Positions 63,329 through 64,000 of a stretch of 64,000 nt of DNA are shown in pieces; the stretch's first letter is position 1; each line of letters begins with the position of its first letter. Both the position numbers and the translations under genes were made by a program. Location of the stretch: contig JAQGDQ010000052.1 of the NCBI GenBank assembly GCA_030141605.1, forward strand, positions 434,001 through 498,000, given 5' to 3'. The notes beneath the pieces are model-generated. The model was not told where the DNA came from, searched no databases, and worked only from the letters and a program-made list of their open reading frames with translations. Source of the stretch: Tubiluchus corallicola. Taxonomy: Eukaryota > Animalia > Priapulida.

Positions 63329-64000
63329 ATTCGGTCAATTGCCATTCTGTGTAAACGTCAACAATTCTTTGTTTGGAAACCTTTCTGCTCTAGAAAGTTA
63401 TGAACGCAAGCTTAGCTATAAAATTGTTGATGCCGGAGGAAGCTATACACCAAAAAATTGCGTAACTCGGCACAAAGTTCTTATTATTGTGCCATACAGA
63501 GACAGAAAAGAACATTTGAAGAGGTTGATGATACATCTGCATCCAATTCTGCAACGACAACAACTAAATTACTTAATTGTAGTTGCAGAACAATATGGCA
63601 TGGAAACGTTTAATAAAGGAATAATTATGAATGCTGCATTTAAGGAAACATCAATAATATTTAACTTTACGTGTGTTGTGTTTCATGATGTCGATCTAAT
63701 AGCCGAGGATGACCGTAACATGTACAGTTGTACTGAGCAACCTCGACATATGTCGCCTGCAATAGATAAATTAAATTATAAACTACTTTACAAAGATTTG
63801 GTAGGTGGAGTTCTGGCTATAAAGAAGGATCAATTTGAAATGGTCAATGGTTATTCTAACATGTATTGGGGTTGGGGCGGAGAGGATGATGACTTAGCTA
63901 AGCGTATCAAGCATCTGGGGTTGAATATCACACGACCATTGATGGATGTCGGACGCTATAAGATGCTTTCTCATGAAAAACGTACGCCAGTTCAGGACAA
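63329..64000 (+). CDS. GT7-family glycosyltransferase (beta-1,4-galactosyltransferase / bre-4-like), partial exon running off the window
   Basis: Acceptor TTTTATTATAG at 63328, then an open frame: LPFC..GGSYTPKNC..KVLIIVPYRDRKEHL..HPILQRQQL..FNKGIIMN..FHDVDL..DDRNMYSC..PRHMS..LLYKDLVGGV..VNGYSNMYWGWGGEDDD..RYKMLSH. An in-frame TAA at 63306 shows that an upstream exon is required. Confidence 0.93.

Noticed and set aside
63009-63338. 109-aa hydrophobic minus-strand ORF
   Set aside because: AT-rich intronic DNA antisense to the GT7 gene; the hydrophobicity is a compositional artefact.

Overview
This is an AT-rich, gene-poor, repeat-rich window from a eukaryote, most likely an invertebrate animal. 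The evidence is long microsatellites, tRNA-derived SINEs, LINE debris, Helitrons and a splice acceptor. No prokaryotic operons, CRISPR arrays or rRNA are visible. Main contents: (1) a fully delimited 4.2-kb BEL/Pao LTR retrotransposon on the minus strand (32925-37122; CTCTG target-site duplication, tRNA-iMet PBS, PPT) that keeps PHD-Gag, RNase H and integrase but lacks protease and reverse transcriptase; (2) a long exon of a GT7 (beta-1,4-galactosyltransferase/bre-4 family) gene running off the right edge (63329->64000), missed by the ORF track, whose donor-site residues suggest non-canonical sugar specificity; (3) three to four decayed LINE RT fragments; (4) adjacent non-autonomous Helitron ends at the left edge, tRNA-SINEs, MITE/foldback-like elements and many microsatellites. 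Nearly all short ORFs in the track are spurious. I found no clear-cut new multi-gene system. The best leads are the GT7 specificity signature and the RT-less BEL element with its splice-acceptor-rich junction. All alignments and translations were done by eye.
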